A DNA stretch of 34,564 bases from NCBI RefSeq assembly GCF_001194135.2, contig NC_068982.1:69506425-69540988 (forward strand). The letters run 5' to 3'. The stretch comes from Octopus bimaculoides. Its lineage: Eukaryota. The notes beneath the pieces were generated by a model. The model searched no databases and was not told where the DNA came from. It saw only the letters and a list, made by a program, of their open reading frames with translations. The number at the start of each line of letters is the position of its first letter. Positions within the stretch are counted from its first letter, which is position 1. Shown in pieces: positions 22,195 to 34,557 of the stretch. The position numbers and the translations under genes were made by a program.

Positions 22195-24482
22195 CACTGA
22201 GCAACAAAGATTTTGCTACTGGGGTAAAAGCATGTGTTTTAGATTAAATCGAGAACGTTGATTCCAAATCCGCACACAGAATTGTTCCAGCACATCAAGA
22301 CTTTGAGTAATGCACCTGTGCAAGATTATAACTATACTTCCAGCTAGATATAGGCCCTATTATAAAATTTGTTAAAATGAAAGTGGTCTTAATTCAAAGA
22401 GAAATTTCATTATTTAGTTTAGCAATAGATGGCACTGACGTATTGTGTGCAATTGCCAAATACATCAGTTTGTTCTTGGTAACTCTCAGTGTTGTTTGCG
22501 CTGCCGTCACGTGTGGTATGTGTATCTCTCACTCTGCATGATTACTGTTCTGTGTTCGTTGTGTTAGATGATGAATAGGAGAGGCTGTGTGAATCACCCA
22601 GACAACTTTTGTTATGTCCATGTGACAGTGGAAGAACATTGCCACCAAATTAAAACCTGCCTATAAATATTATTTCGGGTGTATAGTTGAGGACCAAGAC
22701 AAGAGGTAGGCACCTCATATATGCTGCACCATGTGTTACTCAGGGCTTACACAGTGGCTGAATGGAAATTGAAAGGGAATACCTTTTGCTGTACCAGTGG
22801 TAAGGTATGAGCCAACCAATCATGTCTCTGATTGTTACTTTTGCATGACTAATATTGGTGGTTTCTCAAAGAAAACAAAAGCAAAAATTGTGTATGCAGA
22901 TTGTAAGTCGGCTCTAAAACTGGTCCCATATGAGTTCGAGAACCTTGTACCAGTTCACTTGAAGACTCTGACACATCACACAATGAACCCTCTGATTATC
23001 CTATCACCAAAGAGTATGTAGTTGATTCTATGGAAAATGACCCATGCTTGTTTAATCAAGATTTGAATGATTTACTAAGAGACCTAGCATTGTCAAAGGA
23101 GAAGGCAGAAGTTTTGGGATCCAGACTACAGCAATGGAAGCAAAGTACGAAAGTTTTCATTTTCCATTCTCGTCATGAAGGCTTATCTGTCTTTTTCAAG
23201 CAAGAGAATAATGCTTGTTTCTGTACTGACATTAATGCACTCATGCAAAACTAGGACATGAGCATGTAGCTAACAAATAGAGATTGTTTATAGACTCGAG
23301 TAAGGTTAGCCTCAAAGCTGTATTGTTGCATAATAGTAATGAAAATCCTTCCATTCCTGTGGGTCATGTCAATATGGAAGAAATTTATGAATCAATAGAA
23401 CTTATTCTGAAAAGAGTTAATTACTCAGTTCATAAGAGGAATATTTGTAGTGATCTAAAGGTGATTTCCCTCCTCCTAGGACTGCAGCTGGGATATACCA
23501 AAAATATGTGCTTCTTGTGTGTTTGGAACAGCAAACATTACACTGTAAAAGACTGACCTAAAAGAGATGAGTGCATAGTTGGTTGGTACAATGTGCAGCA
23601 TATGCCACTGGTAGACCTACAAAAGATCTTCCTTCACATCAAACTTGGCTTCATGAAAAACTTCATAAAAGCACTGACATACAATGGTTGTGGTTTCTAG
23701 TACCTAAAAGTAAAATTTGGTGCAGAGAAAAGTGATGCAATACTGAAAGCAGGCATTTTCATTGTACCCAAGATCAGAGAATTGATGTCTGATAGCAAAT
23801 TCAGAGGTAAACTGAATCCAGTTGAGCTGATGGTATGGGATTCATTTGTGTTAGTTGTACAGAACTTTCTTGGAAATCATAGAGCTGGAAACTATGCTGA
23901 TTTAATAAACAACAGTGTATGAAAGAATGGGATACTGAATGTCCCTTAAAATGCACTTCATGCATTCTCATTTCAATTTTTTTTTCCCAACAAATCTTGG
24001 TGCCGTTAGTGATAAGCATGGTGAGAGGTTCCACCAGGACATATCTGAGAGGGAAACAAGGTATCAAGTCCAGTTCAGTCTACATGTGATGGGTGACTAC
24101 TGCTGGTTCCTACAACAGGAGACCAGCGCAACACATAAGGGCAAAAGCAAGTGTCTTAAACATTTCTGAACCGAGCATATCAAAAATAAAGTGAGTATTC
24201 CTTTAACATGAATATACTATGTACCATTATATTATAATACTATTTGCCTTGAACATAAATATACTATATAAAGTACTAATTTACTATTATAATAATTATT
24301 TATCTTGAACTTAACTATTCCTGATACTAATATAGTATTAATATATAATTATGCACATAACTCAAAATCCTGACATGTTACAACAATTCTGCGTTCAGAT
24401 TTGGAATCAGCGTACTCGATTTAGTTTAGTACAGCACCATTTGTTTGGGTAGAGACAATAATATTTTTTTTGTTGCCCAGTG
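22195..24482 (+). mobile_element. Full-length, decayed Chapaev3-type DNA transposon (CMC superfamily), 2288 bp
   Basis: TAA|CACTGAGCAACAAA ... TTGTTGCCCAGTG|TAA (3-bp TSD) with imperfect TIRs of about 130 bp. Transposase motifs CVNHPDNFCY, DCYFC, FIDSSKVSLKAVLLHN, ICSDLKV, GYTKNMCFLC, LHIKLG, SLKMHFMHSH, GAVSDKHGERFHQDI, DYCW; several stops and frameshifts. Confidence 0.88.
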
Positions 24483-24689
24483 TAATCATTACTATGATCA
24501 ATAACCTCATAATCATTAATGAAACAGCATGAAAGAGAAGCAAAGTGATTTACTGTAGTGGGATCAATTTATGTATATCATACAAAACAAACTTTAATCT
24601 AACCTCAAGGCTATTACACTAGAATGAATTTTCATTTTAAACACACCAACATCATCAATATCACCCAAACAAACCACCCACACACACAC

Positions 24690-24853
24690 ACAGAATCTTC
24701 TGTGAAAAACCTGTCTAGGCATGCAAAGCATTACTTTTCATGGAAACAGGTGAGGGTAGGGAACAGAAAGGCCATCTGACTGTAGAAAATATACCTCAAC
24801 AAATTCTAAGTCATGCAAGCATTGAAAAGTGGACATTAAATGATGATGATGAT
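24690..24853 (+). mobile_element. SINE family A fragment
   Basis: gaaggccatctgactgtagaaaat...catgcaagcattgaaaagtggacattaaatgatgatgat. Confidence 0.7.
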
Positions 24854-24884
24854 ACCTATGCATATATGCATTTGAGTGTGTGTA

Positions 24885-25214
24885 TATTTGTGTCTCCTTG
24901 TCTTGACATAGCGTGGTAGTTGTAAATGAGCGCTACTGTCATACAAGCAGTCATTTTTTTTTCTAAAATTTGGCGAGAACATGTCTAGACATGAGGAAAT
25001 ATTACCTTGCTTAGAAATAGATTGGGGTTGGCAATAGGAAGGGCATGTAGCTGTAGAAAATCTGCCTCAATAAACTCTGTCCAGGCCATGCCAGCATGGA
25101 AAAGTGGACATAAAATGGGTTTAAAATGATGACGACGGCAGCGGCAGCGATGACGACGACGACGACGACAACGACAACAATGACGACAACAACGACAACG
25201 ACGACGACGATGAT
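24885..25214 (+). mobile_element. SINE family A with expanded (GAC/GAT/AAC)n tail
   Basis: aggaagggcatgtagctgtagaaaatctgcc...catgccagcatggaaaagtggac followed by a trinucleotide array at 25126-25214. Confidence 0.8.
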
Positions 25215-25750
25215 GGAATACATTTCTTTGTTCTCACTGAATGTTATAGTAAAAAATCTGCTTCAATCATTCAGGAGACCTAAAACTATTGATTAAATCT
25301 TGTTTTATTAGTTATTTATATAAAACATAAATATGATTATCCTATTACAGGCTCTCAATAGCCAAGTAAGTTTATTTTAGCTATGTATTGTTTATTCTCA
25401 ACAAGATTATAATGCAACACTATTTCCTTAATGTATTAATTGCATCTTAAAATAGATTAGAACGTTCATGTCTTCAATGAAGGATGTTGTTGTCAAGGTC
25501 TCTGTTTATGGGAGTAGAGCAAGCTTGGCATGATATGCCTTGGCAGCATGTGGATGTTGGCTGTTTATGAAAGGTTAAGGAAAAAGGAAACACAAGCATG
25601 AATACTATATTACCTTAATGAAATTTTAATGTGGTATAACCAACAGTAGCTCTGAGCTTTAACAAAAAACACAATGAAAGTTAAGCATATGTAAATAGCT
25701 TATGCAATTCCATTGCCATTTTATGCTATGTACTTCTGCTGCTGCTGCTG

Positions 25751-27069
25751 CAGGGTGAGGCAGAGAGGGTGGGCATCATCATCGTTTTTGAAAAATTCAC
25801 AAAATCATTAATTTTAGCCACAAACTTTACTGAGATCAATGTGTTCATATTGAATTAGCATTTGTCAAAATCAAGTGTGGAAAACAACATCCATCATGTG
25901 GTGTCCATTTTCATTGATGCATTTCTGAAGGCATTCTTGGAAATTGGCCTCCACTTTCTCTAGCATTGCTCTGTTGATTTCGGTGACTTCCATGCAAATA
26001 GCTTCCTTATGCACATACATACGTGCCTTGAGGTTTCTCCACAAGAAATAATCACACATGGACAAATCATTGGACCAAGGGGGCCAAGGAATGTCAGCAA
26101 ACCTGGAAATGAGGCGGTCACCGAAGAGAGGGTGAAGAATGTCCATTGATGCTCTGGCTGTGTAGGCCATCGCCCCATCCTGCTGAAACCACACATGTTA
26201 GACAGGCATAAGTTTTCATAATAATTCAGCCACAAAGAAATTGTTTATCATCTCAATGTAACGCTTGGAGTTCACAGTAACAGCATTTCCATTATTGTCT
26301 TCAAAAAAGTAAGGATTGACAATGGCAGTTTTTCCAACAGCTCACCAAATCGTCACTTTTGGACTGTGCAGTAGTCTTTCATTCAGATCTTTCGGATTTT
26401 CAAGAGCCCAATAATGACAGTTCTGTTGGTTCACCATGCCATTAAGATGAAAGTGAGCTTCATTACTCATTAACAAAATGAGGTTGTCATTTGCCTCAAA
26501 AATTGCTTCCATTTGACATGCAAAGTTAAGCCGCTGTGCACAGTCCCATGGTTTCAACTGTTGCCCAGTGACTAATTTGTATGAGAGGAAATGCAGGTCT
26601 TCATGCAAAATATGCCTTACCAATCGATTACCGATGCCAAGTTCAGTGGAATGCCTCTGAGCAGAGTGATTCAGACTCCATATCAAAGCTTGTCTGACGG
26701 ATTCTACATTTTCCGGGGTCCATACTGTTTGTAGTACCCCCATCAATCTCCTATCCATTAGTGCACCTCGTGTACAAAGTGCATTCACCCAACGTAAGAT
26801 TGTGTTACTGGTGGGAACAGCCTGATTTCAGTGGATGTTGAAGTGGCGCTGAAACTCACACTAAACTGCTGTAACAGACTTGTTATTCTTCACATAACTG
26901 TTGTAGGCAAACCGTGGTGCTCTATCATCCACAGCACCATGGCTTCACCTGAAAAGAAGAAAAACGCTAAGACACCATGGACCGAACGGTACCTGCTGAA
27001 CACATGTCCCTCCTCCTGGTGCTGAGTAATAGCCATTTCAAAAATGTCTGTCCTCTCTGCCCCACCCTG
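25751..27069 (-). mobile_element. DD41D (rosa/Visitor) mariner-group transposon, full length, decayed (1319 bp)
   Basis: TIRs cagggtgaggcagagagg / cctctctgccccaccctg|TA. Transposase at about 26940-25871 with MSNEAHFHLNG, QQDGA...WPPWSNDLSMCDYFLW; 41 residues counted between the second and third Asp. Confidence 0.9.
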
Positions 27070-28022
27070 TACATCATCATCCTCACCATCATCATATATC
27101 CATTTTCCATGTGACATGGGTCAGACACATTAATTTAATAAGGAATCTATTGCATACAATACAATGCTTTGACAGCATTGCTGTCTTGGTGTTGTTGCTA
27201 TTATTGTATTTTAGCTCTCTGTAAATATATATATATACTTATACACACACACACATATAGTAGACTAAATACTCAAATTGAATGCACCAAAATATAGCTT
27301 AAGTTTTTTTTAATATCATTTCAAGTCCATTTTTCACATTGGTGTAAGTTGAAGGGGTCAAAGTCTAAACTAGTTCATTTTCAAAGTTATTGTTCTTCAA
27401 GATGGGTCAAGGAACCAGTAGGGTAGTGGGTGGGAACAGTCTAGCCTGGACAATACTTCTATAGGGGTGGTACTTTTGGGGCTCGGTGAAAACCTGTAGT
27501 GGGAGAGAGGCAACATGTTCAAATATTCAAATGTTATGAAGTTTAGCAAGGTTTCTACACCTTAACACCCTTTCTATCACCAGCCACTTTACAGAATGTA
27601 CTGAGAACATTTTACCATAACCTCAGTACTAGATAGGGTTGCTTTGTATTCAATCTTACATTGTCTCTACTCATTTATTAACCATTTTACAGAGTGTTTT
27701 GGGTGCATTTACCAGCACTAGTACCATTGCCTTTGTACTCTGCAAAACAAATGGGTTTGTCATTGTTCTACATTGTCTCTGAACATACAGAATAATGTGA
27801 CTAACAGACTGAGTAGAAGAGAGATCACCTGCAGGATAGTGGCATTTAATTTAAAAGTGCCAGAATAATGAAAAACAAAGTCAGCCCGAATGAAGCTTTA
27901 TCTCAGAGCCAATACCAAGAAACCACTTAACCCTCCAGCATTTAGAATTCTCTGATAGCAGTGGGACAGAACACAAAATTATGTGGTTGCAAAGTGAGCT
28001 TCTTAATTATTTTATACTTTAA

Positions 28023-28251
28023 CCCTTTGAACTGCAAGCATGCTTTAGCTGGCACAATTTCATTTGACTACACCGCTGAAAGATGCAAAAGTGGGAAGCC
28101 ACATGTTTTGTGCTCACAGCTGAAAATAACAAAGTTTTTACCAATTAGGGAGCTGTAAACACAAAAACCATGTGGCTGTCCACTTTTGTGTCTTCCATGG
28201 ATATAGTCAAATGAAATTGTACCAACTAAACATACTCAGGGCTTCAAAGAG
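28023..28251. mobile_element. piggyBac-like fold-back MITE
   Basis: TTAA|CCCTTTGAA ... TTCAAAGAG|TAAA; ~90-bp imperfect inverted arms (ggcacaatttcatttgacta / tagtcaaatgaaattgtacc). Confidence 0.7.
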
Positions 28252-28269
28252 TAAAGTCATTCAATTCAT

Positions 28270-28497
28270 CAGATTATACTTTTCAATCCACCTGAGACTG
28301 CTCTTGGTTCTATGATACAGACTTCCAGTTTAAAATCATCTATATTAAAACCTTACATCAATATTTCATGATAATTTATGTTCCAAACACCAGCTTAATA
28401 ATGACAAAGTTATCTTACTAAACTCTTCATTATTTTCAAAATCAATTGGAACAAAGGCATCATATTTCAACAAAAATATGGAAACAAAAGGATTAAA
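28270..28497. mobile_element. TTAA-type MITE, copy 1
   Basis: Direct homologue of 28660-28887; ends aaaggattaa. Confidence 0.65.
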
Positions 28498-28659
28498 TAT
28501 ATTCCTAATAATCAGTTGAACTTACTGGACATTCTTTTCACTAGATATTAGCAATACTAATAAAATATATAGAATAGAACACAGACATAATGCACAATTA
28601 AATATATTACATTTACTTCACAAGGATTATGGGGAATTACAAAATACTGATTTGGAGAC

Positions 28660-28887
28660 AACTTTTTTTTTATACCAACCTGCCTGAGATTGGTCCTGGT
28701 TCTATGATACAAACTTCCAGTTTTAAAGTGCTCTAAATAAAAACTTCCCATCAAAATTTCATGTTCATTTATGTTCCAAACACCAGCTTAATAATGACAA
28801 AGTTATTTTACCAAATTCTTCATTACTTTCAAAATTAATTGTAAAAAAGACAGTATTTCAACAGGAATATGGTAACAAAAGGGTTAA
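28660..28887. mobile_element. TTAA-type MITE, copy 2
   Basis: Shares tatgttccaaacaccagcttaataatgacaaagttat with copy 1; ends aaaagggttaa. Confidence 0.65.
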
Positions 28888-28937
28888 ATAACAGTCTGCC
28901 TAGCAAAATGCATCCTAAAAATCTCAAATAATCTTCA

Positions 28938-29033
<96 letters not shown>

Positions 29034-29212
29034 CTAGAAAAGAAATATAAAATAATATACACTTTTTATTAATTTGTGTGTATATGTGAGTGTATGTATA
29101 TATGTATGCATGTATGTAAATGTATGTCTTCATATAAATGTGGGTGTATACATATATATATATATAAAACAAGGTATAACTAATGGTCATTACATATTTT
29201 TACTTTATTAGA

Positions 29213-29449
29213 ACAAATTTAGCTTACAACTGTTTCCAGTAGTTATTATAGGTACGTTATTGATAGGTTTACTCAATTAGCCAATTGATCAGTTGAGAAA
29301 AATTGAAAGACCTAAAAAAATTAATGCTATTTTTGGCAGAGCCGTTTCTGGTTATTCAATTTTTCTCAATTGATCCACAGACTAATTAAGTAAACCTATC
29401 AGCAACATACCTATAATGACTACTGGAAACAGTTGTAAGCCAAATTTGT
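29213..29449. repeat. Long fold-back (95-bp arms, 47-nt spacer), probable MITE
   Basis: 29213-29307 vs the reverse complement of 29355-29449: 84/95 identical by hand count, mostly transitions. Confidence 0.9.
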
Positions 29450-29652
29450 GCATTCAAATTTTACACATGCATTACTTAGGGTCCATGGAGTGTCATGGGT
29501 CCAAAAAAATTTTCAACTTCTTGCCTAATGCGAGCCCAGAGCAAACTCTTAGACCATTTCAGTATTACGTGTCAAAAGTGAAATAACATCTCTATTGTAA
29601 TGAGACATAATAGTTTCATTTTTATATTGTTTCACTTTTAATAGTTTCACTA

Positions 29653-29656
29653 TGTA

Positions 29657-29709
<53 letters not shown>

Positions 29710-29825
29710 ATGAATATATGTATGTATGTATGCATGTATGCATGCATGCATGTATGCATGCATGCATGTATGTATGCATGCATGTATGTATATGTGTATA
29801 TGTGTGTATATATATATATATGTAC

Positions 29826-29872
<47 letters not shown>

Positions 29873-30095
29873 TAGATAGATAGATATTTATATATGTATA
29901 TATATATGTGTATATAGATATTTATATATGTATATATATGTGTGTATGTATATATACACAGCTGTAAACACAATTTTCTTCTTTCCTTCTCTTTCCCACC
30001 GACACTCCTTTCAGATACACAGGCACACACACACACACCAACACAAAAACACTCACACACACAAAAACACACACACAGACACACACTCTCTCTCT
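29653..30095. repeat. Compound microsatellite (TG)n, (ATGC/ATGT)n, (TA)n, (AG)n, (GATA)n, (CA)n
   Basis: Read directly. Confidence 0.95.
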
Positions 30096-30345
30096 CGCTC
30101 ACTTTTCCCTCTATTCCTCACCTTCTCTTACTATCCTATATATATCTCTTTCCACCCCTACACATTTAATAATACTATAAAAAGAATCATTCTCTCAAGG
30201 TTTCTCTCAAAATTTGATAAACCTGCAAGACTAGGTGAAAGCGCTAATTTATAAAACATGTGACATATGAATAAAAATCTATAAATATACAACCATCCAG
30301 ACATCTGAGTACCTGATTATTATTTTTTCTAATATATATATATAT

Positions 30346-30439
30346 ACAACAGGCTTCTTTCAGTTTCCGTCAACCAAATCCATTCACAAGGCTTTGGTTG
30401 GCCTGAGGCTATAGTAGACATTTGTCTACTATAGCCTCA
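30346..30439 (-). mobile_element. SINE family B fragment ending in a snap-back palindrome (30404-30439)
   Basis: caggcttctttcagtttccgtcaaccaaatcc...tgaggctatagtagaca-tt-tgtctactatagcctca. Confidence 0.85.
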
Positions 30440-31422
30440 ATGTCAAAGTACTACATGCCTGGTCATCTGCTTATAATTGCTTTCATACTTTAACAATTGG
30501 AAACCATGTGTTAACTTCTTACCCATGGAACAACTGAAAGTGCCAGTGGTCAAACTTTATATTACAATAGCCATTGTGTACAAAATAATGGTTATTTCAG
30601 TAGATAGTTTGAACTTTGAACTATAAGGTCAGCTGAAACTAAATCCCAGGCCATGTGATTATGAGTTCAAAACTTTGTTATAGTCATTATTTTTAATCCT
30701 GTAGCAAGACATAGTGTTCTGTTGGATTCAGTCTATCTAGCTGACAATAGGTACTCCTGCTTTGTGGTGGAATAGTTAGTGATATACAATGACATCCAGT
30801 TGTAAAGAAAAATAAATAAATAAAATTATAAAAAAGAAAATTGCTCCATTAAATTGCAAATGTCAATACTTTTTTTAATCAATTCCCCTACCAGCAAAAG
30901 CATGGAAAAATAGATAAAATTGTTTTTTAAATCAGTAACAAAACTTTTTAAGCTCTCTCTCTTCCTTTGTGTGCCATGTCTGGCCCTGAGCAAAGCAATG
31001 GTGAGGCTCCAGCTCAGAATGTCAGGCATTTTGGAAAGTTAGAAGTTAGCCCTTAGTCACCACTACTCCAAGGTCCACTCTATCCTAGGGTGGTAGAACC
31101 TGTTAAGAGACCTAGTTATGAGTCATATAGCAGAAAATCATCTTAAGTTAAAGTATATAGAACTTGGAGGAGGACTGACCCCCTAGACATGCGTCACACA
31201 AGTCAATCAGTGTGTAGATATGAGTTGATGAAGCAGAAAGGAACAGGAAACTAGTTTCATAAAAATGGTTCATTTCCTCAGATAATTTTCCAGTTCAAAC
31301 TGAAAGAAGAAATCCAATTTCCACTTCTTATTTGCAAGTATTTTTGAACAATTATGTTCATACTTTTACAATTGTTAACTTCATACTCCTTAGACAACAG
31401 TGAAATTTTATACTACAGTAGT

Positions 31423-31800
31423 CATCATCATCATCATATCACCATTTAAAATCTGTTTCCTTATGCTGGTGTGAGTTGGACTGCATTGAGTTCTGTGTTT
31501 TGACATGGTTTCTATGACTGGATGCTCTTCCTAATGCCAACCATCATACAAAGTGTACTGGGTGCTTTTTACAAAGCAATGACATGAACAAGATCAGTAA
31601 GTAAATCGCAAAACAAGACATCTTCAAGTGAAGAGTGGGGAGTAGTACTGAGGGAGGTGACTTTGTGCTAAATGATGAGAAACAAAAGTATGATAAAGAG
31701 AGAGAGAAATAGGTGTCTTGCTATAAGAGATACATGGCTACCCCAGTCGGGAAAGAGAGAGGGGAGAGACAAGATGGTAGTGAAGACATATTGGGCCATA
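31423..31800 (-). mobile_element. SINE family A with extended body
   Basis: gtcatcatcatc...ggatgctcttcctaatgccaacc...ggtgtcttgctataagagatacatggctacccc. Confidence 0.7.
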
Positions 31801-31903
31801 CCCACAATGGCTACAGTAGTATGATGATTGAACTTTGTCCAGCATGATAATCTCATACATTTAATATTTAAATACACAAAGTAATAGAGAAAAGACTACT
31901 AAC

Positions 31904-32082
31904 TTGTACCCATTCAAATTTCTGTCCCAGTTCAATCATCAATCGAACCCATTCTTCAATGACAGCGACAATTTCATCATGTTCAAACAATGGGAGAGTC
32001 AGGTCTGACCAAGGGTGAAAACACATTACTTTACATGTACCTTTTGCTGCTTTCATTTGAAGCAATGGGTCATCACTAGTTT
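31904..32082 (-). CDS. GALT: GALT exon equivalent to human exons 4+5 (179 nt)
   Basis: ATTTCAG|AA ACT AGT...GTA CAA|GTTAGT; TSDDPLLQMKAAKGTCKVMCFHPWSDLTLPLFEHDEIVAVIEEWVRLMIELGQKFEWVQ. The ORF-track entry 31868-32230 is this exon plus read-through intron. Confidence 0.97.
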
Positions 32083-32313
32083 CTGAAATACAGATGAAAA
32101 GGAATAAAGGGATTAAATGGACTTCAGCAATGAAAAATTTAATGAAACAAAAGAAATAAATTAAAGAAATATATAAATAATAAGAAATAAAACCGATGTG
32201 GTTCATAAAGATACATTTATATGAAAACATCTATCAGTGACTTGAAAAAACAAATAATTTCTCACATGACAACTATGATTGCTAAAATAGCAGTGGGCTG
32301 AATTAGATGCTTT

Positions 32314-32650
32314 CATCATCATCATCATCGTTTAACGTCCGTTTTCCATGCTAGCATGGGTTGAACGATTTGACAGAGGACTGGTGAAACCAGATGGCTA
32401 CACTAGGCTCCAATCTGATTTGGCAGAGTTTTTACAGCTGGATGCCCTTCCTAACGCCAACCACTCAGAGAGTGTAGTGGGTGCTTTTACGTGTCACCCG
32501 CACGAAGGCCAGTCAGACAGTACTGGCAACGGCCACGCTCAAAATGGTGTATTTTATGTGCCACCCGCACAAGAGCCAGTCCAGGGGCACTGGCAACGAT
32601 CTCGCTCAAAAATCCTTACACATGTCACGGGCACAAGTCCAGAAAGGCGA
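32314..32650 (-). mobile_element. Young SINE family A copy, 5'-truncated
   Basis: About 93% identical by hand count to the reverse complement of 18886-19225. Confidence 0.88.
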
Positions 32651-32994
32651 CATAATTTGTTACACAACTGTGTAAGTTCAAATCACACTAAGGTTGCTAA
32701 AATAAACACTAAAAATAAATTTGAAGATATATTCAATGCACTGATCCTTTACAATGGGAAAAAATGGTGATGTTCCAAAGTAAATACAATAATTGCTCTC
32801 CTCATGGATTCTAAAAAAAAGGTTTATGTTAAATCATTAAGCCAACTTCTGGTCTCTACTTGGAAAATGATGTCCAAGCAAGATATCAACTTTTACATTT
32901 TTATTGGTAATGAGTCTTTACAATACCAGATAGAATTATCATTATTAATGTCATGCTTCCATGGGTTTCACAATTTGACAGCGACTTCATCATG

Positions 32995-33395
32995 CACCAA
33001 TGTCTTCTTTGACATGATTCCTATAGGTGGATGCCTCTCATAATGTCAACCATGTTAGAGTGTACTTGAAGTTTTCTCATGGCACCAGCACAAGTGATGA
33101 CTGCCTCACAACCTGCAAGGCTAAGGTCTTAAAGTGGCTCCATTAACTGATGGATAACAGACTAGAGAGTGGATGAGGATCCTAGGCAGTGGGATGAGAG
33201 AATGGTAAAAAGGGAGAATGGGGAAGTATAGCAGAGAACAGGAGAGAAAGAAGAAATTAGTAACAAGGTTAAGAAAAAAAGGATAGAGTTAAAAAGGCAA
33301 TAGGGTGAGTCATATAAGTAGGGTTTCTAGAGCTGTCCAACATTATAAGACATAAGTATGGACAGAATGTGTGAGGGAAAGGGGATAAAAAGGGG
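32995..33395 (-). mobile_element. Degenerate SINE family A with purine-rich body
   Basis: ggatgcctctcataatgtcaacc...ggcaccagc; the body is homologous to 21290-21520. Confidence 0.6.
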
Positions 33396-33399
33396 ACAA

Positions 33400-33545
33400 G
33401 AAGGCTTCCACACTGTTTCCTCTATCAAGTTCACTCACAAGGCATTGGTTGGCCCAGGACTATAGAACATACTTGCCCAAGGTGCTGTGCAGTCAGGCCA
33501 AACCTGAAACCAAGTGGTTGGGAAGCAAACTTCTTAACAAGAAGC
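33400..33545 (-). mobile_element. SINE family B fragment
   Basis: aggcttcc...cactcacaaggcattggttggcccaggactatagaacatacttgcccaagg...tggttgggaagcaaac. Confidence 0.75.
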
Positions 33546-34308
33546 CTGCAAATTCTATAAAATTCAACAATGAATATTACTTAACATTCTTATCTTTTTA
33601 ATCTTATGGTTTTCATTTTATGACACATTAAAAAATAAACCCAAAGACCCTTCCTTAACAAAAGAGGAGCAAAGGTTTAACATTCCAAACACAGGTACAC
33701 ATATGTACATATACATAATTGCTGCAATTTTACTGTCTTTGATTGGTTTATTGTACTCTAATATCCATTGCATTAACATAATCAACAAAAGTTATTATTT
33801 TATCAGATAACTAACTTTTGGATAGATTCAATGAGGGACAAGAAGGTTAAAACAATAAAATAATTGTTATCTTTTTTTTAAATAAATTGCACAAAAATTT
33901 ACTGAAATTCTCAGAAATTAAAAAAAAACTAAATTACTTCCTAAATACCACAAACTTCTTTACAAAACAAAATCAATATACACTATTGATTTCTTGTCTT
34001 GAGTTTTATGTTACTGAGATAAGCAGCTGACTGACAGAATATCTATCTAAATGTTCAGTTTGTAAGTCTTTCGTGAGAAGGTAAATAAATCAGTTTTGTA
34101 CTATTCTTTGAGTGGATAACAAATCTTAGAAAACTCCACACTCTGAGAGGAAAGATGCAGGGACCAATTCAGTGCCATCTTGGCACTCATTAAGTCCATC
34201 TGTCTATCTTTTCATGCTATGATCATGTGGAAGCAAAATTAATCATGCATGTAGTAACATTCAAATATCTCCTTTCAAGGATTGGTCTGTCTCTTGGGAA
34301 TAAGATAA

Positions 34309-34355
<47 letters not shown>
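34309..34355. repeat. (ATT)n microsatellite
   Basis: Read directly. Confidence 0.95.
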
Positions 34356-34369
34356 TAGTGTTAAGGTTG

Positions 34370-34557
34370 CATCCCTTGGTGAAGGGGATTGACCAACAAG
34401 TGTCCTTTGCTGGTGCCACACTAAAAGCACACACTGTAAATTGGTTTGCTTTAGGAAGGGCATCCAACCATAGAAACCAAACCAAATCAGACTCGAACCA
34501 GGTGCAGCTCTCCGGCTTGCCAGCTATGGTCAAACTGTCCAATCCATGTCAGCATGT
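34370..34557 (+). mobile_element. SINE family A
   Basis: ggtgccacactaaaagcac...aggaagggcatccaaccatagaaac...aactgtccaatccatgtcagcatg. Confidence 0.8.

Noticed and set aside
29549-30254. ORFs with HT, CV, YI and MH repeats (also 7233-7587, 8663-9037, 4298-5052, 34261-34542)
   Set aside because: They are translations of microsatellites that lack stop codons.
31868-32230. 120-aa single-exon protein with a hydrophobic N-terminus
   Set aside because: Only 31904-32082 is coding (GALT exon); the rest is AT-rich intron read in frame.
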